NCBI RefSeq assembly: GCF_004010195.1
Contig: NC_057718.1
Span: 13,911,001-13,975,000, forward strand
Reading direction: 5' to 3'
From: Chiloscyllium plagiosum
Taxonomy: Eukaryota
DNA: 64,000 nucleotides
Shown here: positions 50,711-63,057 of the stretch, one piece after another
How positions within the stretch are numbered: position 1 is the stretch's first letter
How the letters are laid out: every line of letters begins with the position of its first letter
Notes under the pieces: model-generated
What the model was told of the DNA's origin: nothing
Databases searched by the model: none
The model's input: the letters and a program-made list of their open reading frames with translations, nothing else
Made by a program: the position numbers and the translations under genes

Positions 50711-52849
50711 TTTCTTTTTCATTCTGCGAGAGTTATGGAGGCAGCAAACCCTGCCATACTCCCCGTGGCAACAGCCTGACCAATCTGAGGCTGCCTGCCT
50801 GGTCTGTTTATTGTGCTAACTGTGATTGACAGTTACCAGTTCCTCCTACATCTCCATGCCAACTACAGTTCAACCAATTAGGATTCTTTTCTCAGGCTGT
50901 GTAAATTGATATTTTCTTTCTAAGTTTGTTATTTTGTTCCCTAGTCTTGATAAGGGGAAGACAAAGAGTTTCATCTTATGTCTCATTTAGCAAGAAGGAA
51001 GTTCTGTACTTCCAAGCAATGATTTGAAATTCCAGATTTGAAGTTTTGGTTATTGACCCAAAGTATTAATTCTGTTTCTCCTTCTGCAGATATTGCCTGA
51101 CCTGTTGAGTATTTCCAACATTTTCCATTTTTATACTCGAGCTTAGGGCTTGTACAGCAGTTTATAATGTTAGCATATTCGAAGGGTCATTGGAACCAGC
51201 CTCATCAGATCTTCAGTGCCAAATGTAGAAGTAAGCCACACAGACTTGGACACTCCCAGGTATTGATCCCAAGCCTAAATACAAGTTAACCGGTTATCAG
51301 CTGAGGCTACAGTTAGAATCAACTTTCTTAGAACAGTGGGTCAGCAATAGGTCTGTCTAGAGATGAAATCTGTACAATGTAGATGCATCCAGAGATCTTG
51401 GAGAGTTGTGGGAGGTTACAGAGTTTGGGGCAAAGCTGGTATGAAATGGCCATGGATGAACAAAATTAAGAGAATTTTAATTCAGAATTGCTGCTATACC
51501 AGGAGCAAACGTAGGTCCGTGATCACAGGAATGACAGGTAAACAGGACTTGGTGATCGTCATTACAAAGCAGAAGCTTGCCTTTTAGCCCAACAAGTCCA
51601 TATCAATGCTCTGCACAGTCGGGACCGTTCCCCACTCTACTAAGTTGTAGATGAAACCACTCACTGCAAAAACGTTGATCTTCTCCGAGCATTTGTTTCC
51701 CCTAAGCCTTGAAACTGTGTCACCCCAGTTGAAAATCAGCAAATGGAAACAATTTCTTTCGTCTACCTTATCTAAACCTGCCAAAAACTTGTATATCTCG
51801 ACCTCATTTTGATCTCCTTTGTTCGAAGGAAAACAACACCAGCTTCTCCACCCTAACCATGAGACTAAATTCCCTCATACCTGGAGCCATTCTGGTAAAT
51901 CTCCACTGCCCGCTCTTTGGTGTTGAGGTACAGACAGCAGAGTTTCAGGTGACATGGATGGTAAAGAGTCTTAAGTTAAATGGTTGGAGGGTTGGGACTA
52001 AAGTGATTGGGAGCTTTGTGAGGAATGAAATTTGGTGTGACAGAGACAAGTGGGCAGGTGGTCTCAATTTTAATCACAAGGAAGTCCATACACTCCCGCC
52101 TTTGCTGATAGGGGCGAGAAGGCAAAAGAGAGTTTAAAGGTAGAATTAACAATGCAGAAGTAAAGCCAGGACAAAGGGGTGCAGTCTAAATTTAAAGTTG
52201 GGTCATTTAGAAGTGAAGTCTGGAATGAAAATATGGAATAAGTACAGGGTGTTCTGGCAATGTTTAGTAGCTTTAGCAGCATTTGTAAAGGAAGAAACAG
52301 AGTTAACCTTTCAAGTTGAATGCAACCTTTCTTTGAAACGGTTAGTGAAAATCTGGAACTCTCTCCCCAGAAAAGGTTGTGAACATTTGATCCATTCAGA
52401 ATTTCATGACTGGGACTGATACATATTTGTTCAAAGAAGGAAATCTGTGTTAATGAAGCAACAGCAGTTTGATGAAGACAAAGGATAAGACTAGTTGATT
52501 AAATCCAATGAATTTGAAATGAGATAAAGTAGGGCAATGCAGGTGATAAGGAATACCAGGAAGTGATTGCAGGTGACCATTGTCTGTAATCAAGATGAAG
52601 GAGAGTTACAAAGAATTTGGGCAAGATAATTTATAAGATTAGAGATAAAGTAGAGGGCAGTCAGGGAGCAAACTCCAGACAGATAGGGTGAGATTATGGT
52701 TGTCATGTTTCTTCTTTGGCTCTTGCACAAAATTGGCAGCACAGAACTCTTCATAACATCTTTTCAGCATATCCTTCTAATATGTTCTCCCCATGTTCTT
52801 ATCAAACTTCCTCTTACCTTATACCAAGTTTTGCTCACTGTGCCACTGA

Positions 52850-53265
52850 CACTCAAGGAACCCTCAACACCTCACTCCACTTGTCCTCCATGTCTAACTC
52901 TCCCAAACCCTCTGCTCTCCCACTTCACCTGTCCACCCAACTCCACTGTTCTGCCCTGCTCAGCAGCCCCATTCTGTTCTCTGCTCAGCTCACTCTCTCC
53001 CTGCTCACAATGGCAACCCCCTACTCTCAGTTCCTTGCCCCTTTCATCTCCAATCCCAACTTTGTTCTCCCACTCTCAGCTATCTTCTCCAGGTCTGCTC
53101 AGCATCCCTCATTGTCTCTCTCCACCCTCTCTCTCACGCCCCATTACCCATCTCTGTCAATCTCAGCTCTGCTTTCCTACTCCCAACTCTCGTCTCCAGC
53201 TCCCCTCAGTATCCCCATGCTGCTCTCCTCCACACCCCACTCCGATATCTCACTCCCAGTTATGC
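52850..53265. repeat. C/T-rich low-complexity tract
   Basis: Strong pyrimidine skew with loose CTCCC/CTCTC motifs. Confidence 0.75.
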
Positions 53266-53439
53266 TCAATAGTAAAGGCGCTGTGTTCACTTGGACAGTA
53301 AATTATCCCCTGCAGTTGCAATGGCAATACACACAGCCTTTTTTTCAATGGGGAGCAATTGCAGAACTGTGAAGTACAGAGGGATTTGAATGCTCAGGTA
53401 TATAAATCACAAAAGATTAGCATGAAGGTAGAAGAGCTG

Positions 53440-54687
53440 ATTTTGGAAGGCAAAGATAAGCCAGGTCGATACCCAGCTTACCTGGCTAGGAAGAAAATTG
53501 CTCCACATTCCATTGTGTCTGATAGGGAGAGAACTGTCAACATCACTCGCAAACTAAAAAAGATTAATGCCAGATTTCGGGAATTCTATGCAGTTATATC
53601 GATCAGAGGGCTGTGGGGGTGGAGTAGCGAGAATGGAATCCTTTACTGAAAACCTGGCCCTCCCTGGTATAAACACAGATCAGCGCTCCCTTTTAAATGC
53701 ACCTCTGATGACACAGGAGGTGCAAAAGGCAGTAAGGCAGCTCCAAGGGGGCAAAGCACCTGGGTTCCTGAGTGAATTTTACAAGGAGTTTATACATGTT
53801 AGCTGAACAACTTCTGGAGATGTATAGTCATTCGTGTAGCCAACTGCCTTCCACTCTCTCATAGGGAGGTCAATATCTCCCTTATTTTAAAGAAAGAAAA
53901 AGACCCTGAGGATTGCACATTGCGTAGACCAATCTCATTGCTGAATGTGGACTTCAAAGTTTTATCAAAGGTATTGGCTCTGAAGTTGGAAAAGGTGCTG
54001 CCCGTTATTATAAAAGAGAACCGGACAGGTTTTATCAACGGCCACAGGTCCTTCAACAATATTAGGAGGGTACTGAACACAGTGCAAGTTTGTCAGCAGG
54101 GATTGATTCCGGGCTTGGTGGTCTCCCTGGATGCAGAAAAGGCTTTTGATCGGGTGGATTGGTTGTATCTATTTGCTGTTCTAGATCGCTTTGGGTCTGG
54201 GAAGGACCTTCGTCAGCGGGGTGGTAGTGTTATATAGAGACCCCAAGGCGAATGGGGTCAAATCGAGCAATTTTAGTATGGGAAGAGGCAGCCGACAGGA
54301 GTGTCCCCTCTTGCCGTTGCTGTTACCTTGGTATTTGAACCATTGGCAAAGGCGGTCAGAAAGGAACCTGAAATAGTGGCACCAAAAGTGGGAATTGGGG
54401 AACACAAAATTACTTTTTATGTGGATGATGTCCTTCTGATTTTGGCTAATCCCGAAAAATCCATACCCCAGCTAATACAAAAACATTAAATTATTTGGAA
54501 GCTTTTCAGGATACAAGATAAATTTTGCAAAGTTGGAAGTCATGCCCATGGGGGGATTGGTGGAAGTACCAAAGCTGGAGGACGGAATGGAGTTTCCTTT
54601 TAGGTGATCACAGAAAAGTGTTCTCTATCTGGGAATTTTTATTATCCCTACCTTCTGATAGCTTTACTGAGCTAACTTTGTGCAGTT
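53440..54687 (+). mobile_element. L1/Tx1-clade LINE ORF2, left part
   Basis: GKAPG; RPISLLNVDFKVLSKVLA; SLDAEKAFDRV; GSRQECPL; YVDDVLL. Confidence 0.88.
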
Positions 54688-57600
54688 AGAACATAGAATA
54701 TAGAACAATACAGCGCAGAACAGGCCCTTCGGCCCTCAGTGTTGCGCCGACCTGTGAACTATTCTCAGCTTGTCCCCTATACTATCCTAAAATCATCCAT
54801 GTGCTTATTTAAGGATTGTTTAAATCTCCCTAATGTGGGTGAGTTGACTACATTGGCAGGTAGGGCATTCCACGCCCTTACCACTCTCTGTGTAAAGAAC
54901 CTGCCTCTGACATCTGTCTTAAATCTATCACCCCTCAATTTGTAGTTATGCCCCCTCAACATGCTGACTTTCACTGTCTACCCTATCTAATCCTCTGATC
55001 ATCTTGTATGTCTCTATCCAATCCCCTCCTAGCCTTCTTCTTTCCAATGAGAACAGGACCAAGTCTCTCAGCCTTTTCTCATAAGACCTTCCCTCCAGAC
55101 CAGGCAACATCCTGATAAATCTCCTCTGCACCTTTTCCCATGCTTCCACATCCTTCCCAAAATATGGGGACCAGAACTGTACACAATATTTCAAGTGTAT
55201 AGTTTTGTATAGTTGCAGCATGATATTGCGGTTCCCGAACTCAATCCCTCTACGAATGAAACTTAACACACCGTATGCCTTCTTAACAGCACTATCCACC
55301 TGGTGGCAACTTTCAGGGATCCATGTACATGGACTCCAAGATCCCTCTGCACATCCACACTACCAAGAATCTTTCCGTTTACCCAATTCTCTGCCTTCCT
55401 GTTATTCTTCCAAAGTGAATCACCTCACATTTAGCTGCATTGAGCTCCATTTGCCACCTCTCAGCCCAATTCTGCAGTTTATCCAAGCTCCCCCTGCAAC
55501 CTGTAACATTCTTCCACCCTGTCCACTACTCCGACTTTACTGTCGTCTGCAAATTTACTAATCCATCCACCTATGCCTGTGTCTAAGTCATTTATAAAGA
55601 TGACAAACAGCAGTGGTCCCAAAACAGATCTTTGTGGCACACCACTAGTAACCATACTCCAGGCTGAATATTTTCCATCAACCACCACTGCTGCCTTCTT
55701 TCAGAAAGCCAGTTTCTAATCCATACTGCTAAATCACCCTCAATTCCATGCCTCTGCATTTTCTCCAACAGTCTGCCGTGTGGAACCTTATCAAAGGCTT
55801 TACTGAAGTTCATGTATACCACGTCAACTGCCCTACCCTCATCTACATGCTTGGTCACCTTCTCAAAAAACTCAATGAGGTTTGTGAGACACGACCTGCC
55901 CTTGGTGAAACCATGTTGACTATCGGGGGGGGCACGGTGGCACAGTGGTTAGCACTGCTACCTCACAGCGCCAGAGACCCAGGTTCAATTCCCACCTCAG
56001 GCAACTCACTGTGTGGAGTTTGCACATTCTCCCCGTGTCTGCGTGGGTTTCCTCCGGGTGCTCCGGTTTCCTCCCACAGTCCAAAAATGTGCAGGTTAGG
56101 TGAATTGGCCATGCTAAATTGCCCGTAGTGTTAGGTGTAGGGGAATGGATCTGGGTCGGTGTGGACTTGTTAGCTCGAAGGGCCTGTTTCCACACTGTAA
56201 GTGATCTAATCTGAAATCAAATTGTTGCTTGCTAGATGATTATAAATCTTATCTCTTATAATCCTTTCCTACAATAGAAGTAAGACTCACTGGTTATAAT
56301 TACCTGGGTCATTTCTACTGCCCTTCTTGAACAAGGGCACAACATTTGCAATCCTCCAGTCCTCTGGTACTAAACCTGTAGACAATGACGACTCAAATAT
56401 CAAAGTCAAAGGCTCTGCTATTTCCTGCCTAGCTTCCCAGAGAATCCTTGGATAAATCCCATCCGGCCCTGAGGACTTGTCTGCTTTCATGCCTTCTAGA
56501 ATTGATAACATCTGTTCATAACTAACCTCGATCCTTTCTAGTCTAATATCTCGTACCTCATTCTTCTCCTCTACAATATTCTCCTTTTCCTGAGTGAAAA
56601 CCAATGAGAAATGTTCATTTAACACCTCTCCGATCTCTACAGGGTCCACACTCAACTTCCCACTTCTGTCTTTGACTGGCCCTAATCCTACCCTCGTCAT
56701 CCTTTTATTCCTCATGTACCTATAGAAAGCTTTAGGCTTCTCCTTTATTCTATTTGCTAAAGACTGCTCTTGTCCTCTCTTTGCTCTTCTTAACTCTCTC
56801 TTTAAATCCTTCCTCGCTGATCTGTAACTCTCCATTGCCTCATCTGAACCATCTTGCCTCTTCAACACATAAGCCTCCTTCTTCTTCTTAACAAGAGATG
56901 CAATTTCTGTAGTAAACCACGGTTCCCTTACCTTATCACTTCCCCCCTGCCTGACAGGGACATACCTATCAAGGGCACCCAATATCTGTTCCTTAAACCA
57001 GCTGCACATTTCCATTGTCTTCATCCCCTGCATTTTGCTACCCCATTCTATGCATCCTAATTCTTGCCTAATCGCATTGTAATTGCCCTTGCCCCATCGA
57101 TAACTCTTGACCTGTGGCATGGACCTATCCCTTTCCATCGCTAAACTAAAAGTAACTGAATTATGGTCACTCTCTCTAAAGTGCTCACCTACAACTAAAT
57201 CAAACACCTGGCTTGGTTCATTACCAAGCACCAGATCCAGTATGGCTTCCCCTCTTGTCGGCCCTTCGAAATACTGTGTCAGGAAATCCTCCTGTACATA
57301 TTGGACAAAAACTGATCCATCTGACGTACTAGAGTTATAGCATTTCCAGTCAATGTTGGGGAAGTTAAAGTCCTCCATAATGACCACTCTGTTCTTTTCA
57401 CTCCTACCCAGAATGATTTTGCTAATCCTCTCTTCCACCTCCCTGGAACTCTGCGGAGGCCTATAAAAAACTCCAAGCAGTGTGAGCTCTCCTCTCCTGT
57501 TTCTAACCTCAGCCCACACTACCTCAGTAGACCAGTCCTCATCAAAAGTTCTCTCAGCCACCGTTATCCTACCCTTGACTAACAAGGCCATACCTCCCCC

Positions 57601-58076
57601 TCTTTTACCGCCTTGCCTGTTCTTAATGAAAGATCTAAACCCTGGAACCTGCAACATCCATTCCTCACCCTGCTCTATCCATGTCTCCGAAATGGCCACA
57701 ACATCGAAGTCCCAGGTACCTATCCATGCTGCAAGCTCGCCTACCTTATTTCAGATACTTCTAGCGTTGAAGTAGACACACTTCAAACCGATTTGCTGTC
57801 TGCCAGCACATTCCTTTGACCCTGAAATCCTGTCCCTGTCCTCCCTATTCTCATCCTCCTGTGCACTGCAACTACACCTCAGGTTCCCATCCTCCTGCTG
57901 AGCTTGTTTAAACGCACCCAAACAGCACCAGCGAATTTCCCACCCAGGATATTAGTATCCCTCTGATTCATGTGAAGACCGTCCTGTTTGTACAAATCCC
58001 ACCTTCCACAGAATGTGCCCCAATTATCCCAGAACCTGAAACCCTTCCTCCTGCACCATCCTTGCAGCCACATGTT
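54688..58076 (-). mobile_element. CR1 (ORF1 esterase end, APE, RT, 3' tail) inserted in the L1/Tx1 element
   Basis: 470-aa ORF AISETW..YRPP..DFN..SDHN; 5-bp TSD CAGTT (54683-54687 and 58077-58081). Confidence 0.93.
55925..56212 (+). mobile_element. HE1-like SINE nested in the CR1
   Basis: Full head, core and tail interrupting the CR1 RT. Confidence 0.9.
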
Positions 58077-58985
58077 CAGTTGTTTGAGAGAATAAAGCAG
58101 GACTTGCAACAGTGGGAGGGACTACCCATATCATGGTTAGGCTGTGTAGCCTTGATTAAATTGATTCTTCTTCCTCGGTTATTATATCCCATGAGGATGC
58201 TCCCGTTGTTATTACCCAAACAAGCACGCTGCGGAGGTTTGCCGGTTGGCTTGGATTCTTTATTTGGAGCTGTAGGGGCCCCCTAATTAAATTTACTAAG
58301 CTGCAACTTCCACAGGATATGGGGGGGAATGACCTTCCAGATCTGAAGAGATACCAAATAGACACCCTGCTGTCATATGTAGGCGAATGGGTACACAATG
58401 ACTTGAGGTCGATATGGCTTGATGTTGAGGCCTCGCAGGTGACATGCCACCTCAACAACATACAGTTTATGGATAAGATGAGATCTATGGTTGAGCACTG
58501 TGAGAGCCTGATTATCATAAATACAGTGAAAGCATGGAGGATAATGCGGCTGGGTGAGGGCAATTTGCTTAAAACTTCGCCGTTCACCCCATTACTAGAA
58601 GCCCCAAAATTTAGACCGGGGTCAATGGACTCTGGCTTTAGAGCATGGGAAGGTAAGGGAATCTCCTGTTTGGGAGATTTATTCGAGGGAGAGGTCTTGA
58701 TGTCTTTTAACTAATTAAGTCAGAAATATGGGATTCCCAATAGGGACCTTTTCTGATACTTCCAGGTTTGGGATTATATACAGAAGAAGACCACACTTTT
58801 GGCCCAGCCCTACAAGTCGTATATAGAAAGAAAAGTGCTCCGATATGGGTGCTCTCTCAGTTAGCACCATATACCATCTGCAGAGAGGGAATGCCTTGGG
58901 AGATATGGAAAGACTCAATGGGATCTGGAATCAGGAATTAGGGAATTAAATCTCAGCGGAAACATGGGAGGATATATGGGAGAAA
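58077..58985 (+). mobile_element. L1/Tx1-clade LINE ORF2, right part
   Basis: FERIKQDLQQWEGLPISWLGCVALIK..LPRLLY; continues the frame ANFVQL from 54671. Confidence 0.88.
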
Positions 58986-59401
58986 GTGAGGACTGCAGAT
59001 GCTGGAGATCAGAGTCTAGAGTGTGTTGCTGGGAAAAACAAGGAAGTATTTGAAGCCACAATCAGACTAGCCATGATGCTGCCAAATGGCAGAACAGACT
59101 TGAGGGATCTCCCTCTGCTCTAATTTGTTTTTTCTTTCACATCATTGATTTTAATTGTTCCATCATTAGTACTGGTGCCTTCAGCTAAAGCTGCAACTCT
59201 GTTATTCCTTCTCTTTTTTTAAAAGACGCTCCTTAAAACATTCCACTTGGATTGAGGTTTGGTCGCCTGACCTAATATTTTATGTGTCTCAGTGTACAAT
59301 TTGTTTGACAACACTGCTTTGAAGTGCCTTTTGACTTTTTTTACATTAAAATATGAATGGATTGCCTAAGCATGTGGTAGAGGCAGATTCAGTCAATCCT
59401 T

Positions 59402-59681
59402 TGTTATGAAGGAAACAAAAACAAGTTCAAATTAGGCTAATCAGTTTAAGTTATGCCCCAGATACGAAAATCCAATCGAATTTGAATTTTACTGTTTGGG
59501 AGGACATCAAACCAAAGAAATGGGGGATGTCCAGGATGTTTTGGGGTATAAAATCAGACATTTCATTGGTTTGATGTGCTCCCAAATAGTAAAATTCAAA
59601 TTCAATCAGATTTTGGTATTTGGGGCATAATTTAAACTGATTGGCCTAATTTGAATTTGTTTTTTTTGTTCCATGACAACA
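59402..59681. mobile_element. Foldback or MITE-like palindrome with ~120-bp arms
   Basis: 59402-59521 is the imperfect reverse complement of ~59558-59681. Confidence 0.8.
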
Positions 59682-59823
59682 CAGCTGCACTATTGGATTC
59701 ATAGTCAAATGTTACATTTTAAATTGTCTCAGCACACTGTGTGCCTCTCTAAGTCTGTGCCAGTCTCTCTTAAAGGTACAGTACACCTCTACACCTTCAT
59801 AGCACCTTCCCAAAAGATTAGCG

Positions 59824-60268
59824 TCATAGAGATGAATAGCATGAAATACGGGGAGAATGCGGGTAAGTGGAGTTGAAATGCCCATCAGCCATGATTGAAT
59901 GGCGGAGTGGACTCGATGGGCCGAATGGCCTTACTTCCACTCCTTTGTCTTATGGTCTTATGGAAAACAGACCCTTAGGTTCAACTTGTTGATGCTGACC
60001 AGATATCCCAACCTAATCTAGTCCCACTTGCCAGCACCTGGCCCATATCCCTCCAAACCCTTCCTATTCATATATCCATCCAGATACCTTTTAAATGTTG
60101 TAATTGTACCAGACTCCACCGCCTCCTCTGGCAGCTCATTCCATAAACGCACCACCCTCTGCATGAAAAGGTTACCCCTTAGGTCTCTTTTAAATCTTTA
60201 CCCTCCCACCCTAAACCTATGCCCTCTAGTTCTGGACTCCCTCACCCCAGGGAAAAGACTTTGTCTAT
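59824..60268 (-). mobile_element. CR1 3' fragment containing a nested opposite-strand tail of another CR1 family (~59845-59962)
   Basis: The nested part matches 228-343; the host part matches the reverse complement of ~3880-4200. Confidence 0.85.
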
Positions 60269-60829
60269 AAATATCTAAAAAGATAAAGCTGCAAGGCTAC
60301 AGGAAAAGGCGAAGGATGTGAGACTGCCTGAGTTCTCCTTGCTGACAGCTGACAAAACACAGCCCTCAAAATAGTATCTCTTTGTGCTGTAACAAATTAA
60401 GGATCCATATAAATGCAAGCTGTTAAACGTATCCATGCTCTTGTCTCAATGTGTAAAAAATCCCATTGTGTTATTTCAAAGAAGAGCAGGAGCAGTTCTG
60501 AAGAAGGGCCACTGGACTCAAAACATTAACTCTGCGTTCTCTCCATAAATACTGCCAGACCTGCTGAGTTTCTCCAGCAATTTCTGCTTTCGTTTTATAT
60601 TATCACAAAGTCCGGATTATCCAGTTGTTATCAAAATGCTGTCTGGAGGAATTTCTGTTTGCAAATTTGTTGCTGCATTGCCTACATATCAAAAATGTTT
60701 TTCATCTGCCAATGGGACACCTGATGCTGGTGAAAAGTGGTGATATAAAAGCAAGATTTTACTTTTGGATGGAAGCAAATTTCACACTCTTCTGGGTAAA
60801 AGAAATTCTCTTGAATGTTATCAAACCGA

Positions 60830-61490
60830 AACCTAGGGTGCAGATACGTAGATTTTTGAAAGTGGTGTCACAGGTAGAAAAAGGTATTTGGCATGCTTAT
60901 CTTCATCAGTCAGAGAATTGAGTACAGGAGTTGGGATGTCATGTTGTGACTGTACAAGACATTGGAGAAGGCTACATTTGGAGTACTGCATACAATTCTG
61001 GTCATCCTGCTATAGGAAGGATGTTATTAAATTGGGAAGGGTACAAAAAAGATTTACTGTACAAGGATATTACCAACATTGGAGGGTTTGAGTTATAAGG
61101 AGAGGCTGGAAAAGCTGGGCCATTTCCCTCCTGAAGAATAGGAGGCTGAGGGAGTCACCTTATAGAGGTTTTAAAAAGTCACAAGGGGCCAGAGTCTTTT
61201 CTCCAGGGTAGGGGAGTCCAAAAGCAGAAGGAATAGGTTTAAGGTCAGAGGGAAAAGATTTAAAATGGGCGACCTCTTCTCGCAGAGGGTGGTGTGTGTA
61301 TGGAACGAGCTGCTCGAGGAAGTGGTAAATGCAAGTACAGTTACAACACTTAAAAAAGACATTTGGACAGGTACGTGGATTGGAAAGGTTTAGAGGGATA
61401 GGGGCCAAATGCAAGAAAATGGGACTAGTTCAGTTGAGGAAACTTGGTCCACTGGATCAATTGGACTGAAAGATCGGTTTGTGTTGTATA
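60830..61490 (+). mobile_element. Decayed CR1 3' fragment
   Basis: HLEYCIQFWSSCYRKDVIKL..WNEL. Confidence 0.85.
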
Positions 61491-61639
61491 ACTTTAATTA
61501 TTATTATTATTGGATCTGCCTTTGAATTTTTGTTTCACTAGTCTCAGCAATTGGAGAAAGGTGCTCCTGAAATTAAGGGCGAGCACAATCTGATGTGAAA
61601 GGATGGAGCTCAGAGCACAATGGGACCTCCTCTTCCCCC

Positions 61640-61980
61640 AAAGGCCAGCGGAAGGTGCCCGCATGCGCAGAACTACCTGCCGGGGCCTTGGCCTCACGTG
61701 ATCCCGCGCTCCCGGTTGCCGACGCTTTTCAGCTGGTGCCACCCGGTCCCGGAACGAAATGACCGTTTGAAGCCACGGATTCGCTCCACGATCGAGGGTG
61801 AGGTTGGTGTTGGTAGGGGCCGGCGGGAACAGCAGACAGCCGCCATGTCGAGCGGGACGGACACAGAGAAGGCGAAGGTGAATACGTCAGTAACGGTCGG
61901 GGGGGGGGGGGCGCGCGCGAGGTGAAAGGTCACGGGCCTGCGCAGTGGGCACTCCCAATGTCAAGTCAAGGTCGCAGCTC
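61640..61980. promoter_or_regulatory. CpG-island promoter
   Basis: Sharp rise in CpG and GC content in otherwise CpG-poor DNA; NRF1-like CCGCATGCGCA (~61659-61669); palindromic E-box TCACGTGA (61694-61701); ETS-like CCGGAA (~61749). Confidence 0.85.
61845..61877 (+). CDS. Probable first coding exon of an unidentified gene: MSSGTDTEKAK
   Basis: Strong Kozak context GCCGCCATG inside the CpG island, 33 nt of coding sequence, then donor AAG|gtgaat. The peptide is too short to name. Confidence 0.65.
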
Positions 61981-62427
61981 AGTGTTAAAGTTGAAAAACA
62001 GGCTGTCAACGTGAGAAAGAGACACAGATAAATGCTTGAAATGTTCAGTTCAAGTAGCAGGTTTTTGCTGGTCGGATTTCAGCCGTTTCTATTGGTCAAA
62101 TAGGCTTCTTCACTACAAAATGGCAGACAAGTACATTCCTGGCTGTTCTGAAAATGGCAACCTCTGCTGATGCATTCCTTGTCGAGTTCCTTCTAAAAAT
62201 AAAATGAGCACAGCTATAAACTTCTCTGTTTTCAAATATGTGTAAAACATATTTGTGAGACGCTGTGACCATAAATCTCCTAACTGTGGTGACCACTTTA
62301 TCTAAAAGAGTCACTGGACTCGAAATGTTGATCCTGGACCCCCTGACTTTCTCCATCAATTGAGATTTCCAGCTTCTGTAGTTCTTTGTTCTATATTATT
62401 GTGGTACCCACCTGTTTGGTTTTTTTT

Positions 62428-62652
62428 CTGTGCAGGTGTAAGACACTGAATGAACAGTGAGTGCATAAATCTTTATTCATGTTCCATCAGCAGGAAGAAA
62501 GGAAACACCCCAGTGACAAGCAGTGACCTTCTGAGACTGCTGTTTATTTTTTTAAAACCTGCACACTACCGCCTAACTGCGTTAGTGCTTATTTTTTCCC
62601 TAGCACCCATGTTGTGTGTGCAGGTGTGAGACACAGGGAAAGACACAAGGTG
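62428..62652 (-). mobile_element. Tandem pair of the same poly(A) retroposon seen at 8019-8302
   Basis: Shared CACCTGCACACAC..CATGGGTGCT and GAATAAAGATT; flanked by near-TSD CCTSTTTGGTTTTT (62411-62424 and 62653-62666). Confidence 0.78.
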
Positions 62653-63057
62653 CCTCTTTGGTTTTTAACTTGGAATCCAAGTGTTATGATTGGCTGAAAT
62701 AAATTAAACCTGAACAGTAAAACTTTTAAAAATACTTCAGGTGCTGGACTCCTGAAATTAGAACAGAAAATATGAGAGAAACTCAGTAGGCCTGGCAGCA
62801 TTTGTGGAGAGAGAAACAGTAAACATTTTGAGTCCAATGACTCTTGATTGAAAAAATAATTGAAGACTATCAGTGACAATCATCTTCAGTATTTGTGCTA
62901 ACTAAGACCATTTCCAAAAATAAGAGTAATTGGACTCAGTGTTAACTCTGTTTCTTTATCTACAAATGCTGCCACACCCATAGTTTTTTTTCAAGTGGTT
63001 GAACTCTACAGGTGAGCTGTGGTGGTTTGAGGTGCTGATAGTTTCTGTATTTTTCAT

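Noticed and set aside
52696..53372. Overlapping 201-aa and 218-aa Pro/Ser/Leu-rich ORFs
   Set aside because: Artefact of a C/T-rich low-complexity tract lacking stop codons.
56287..57699. Long ORFs (470, 333, 276 and 457 aa) as host genes
   Set aside because: All are CR1 APE or RT segments with frameshifted neighbours; the 457-aa and 225-aa ORFs are inflated by N gaps.
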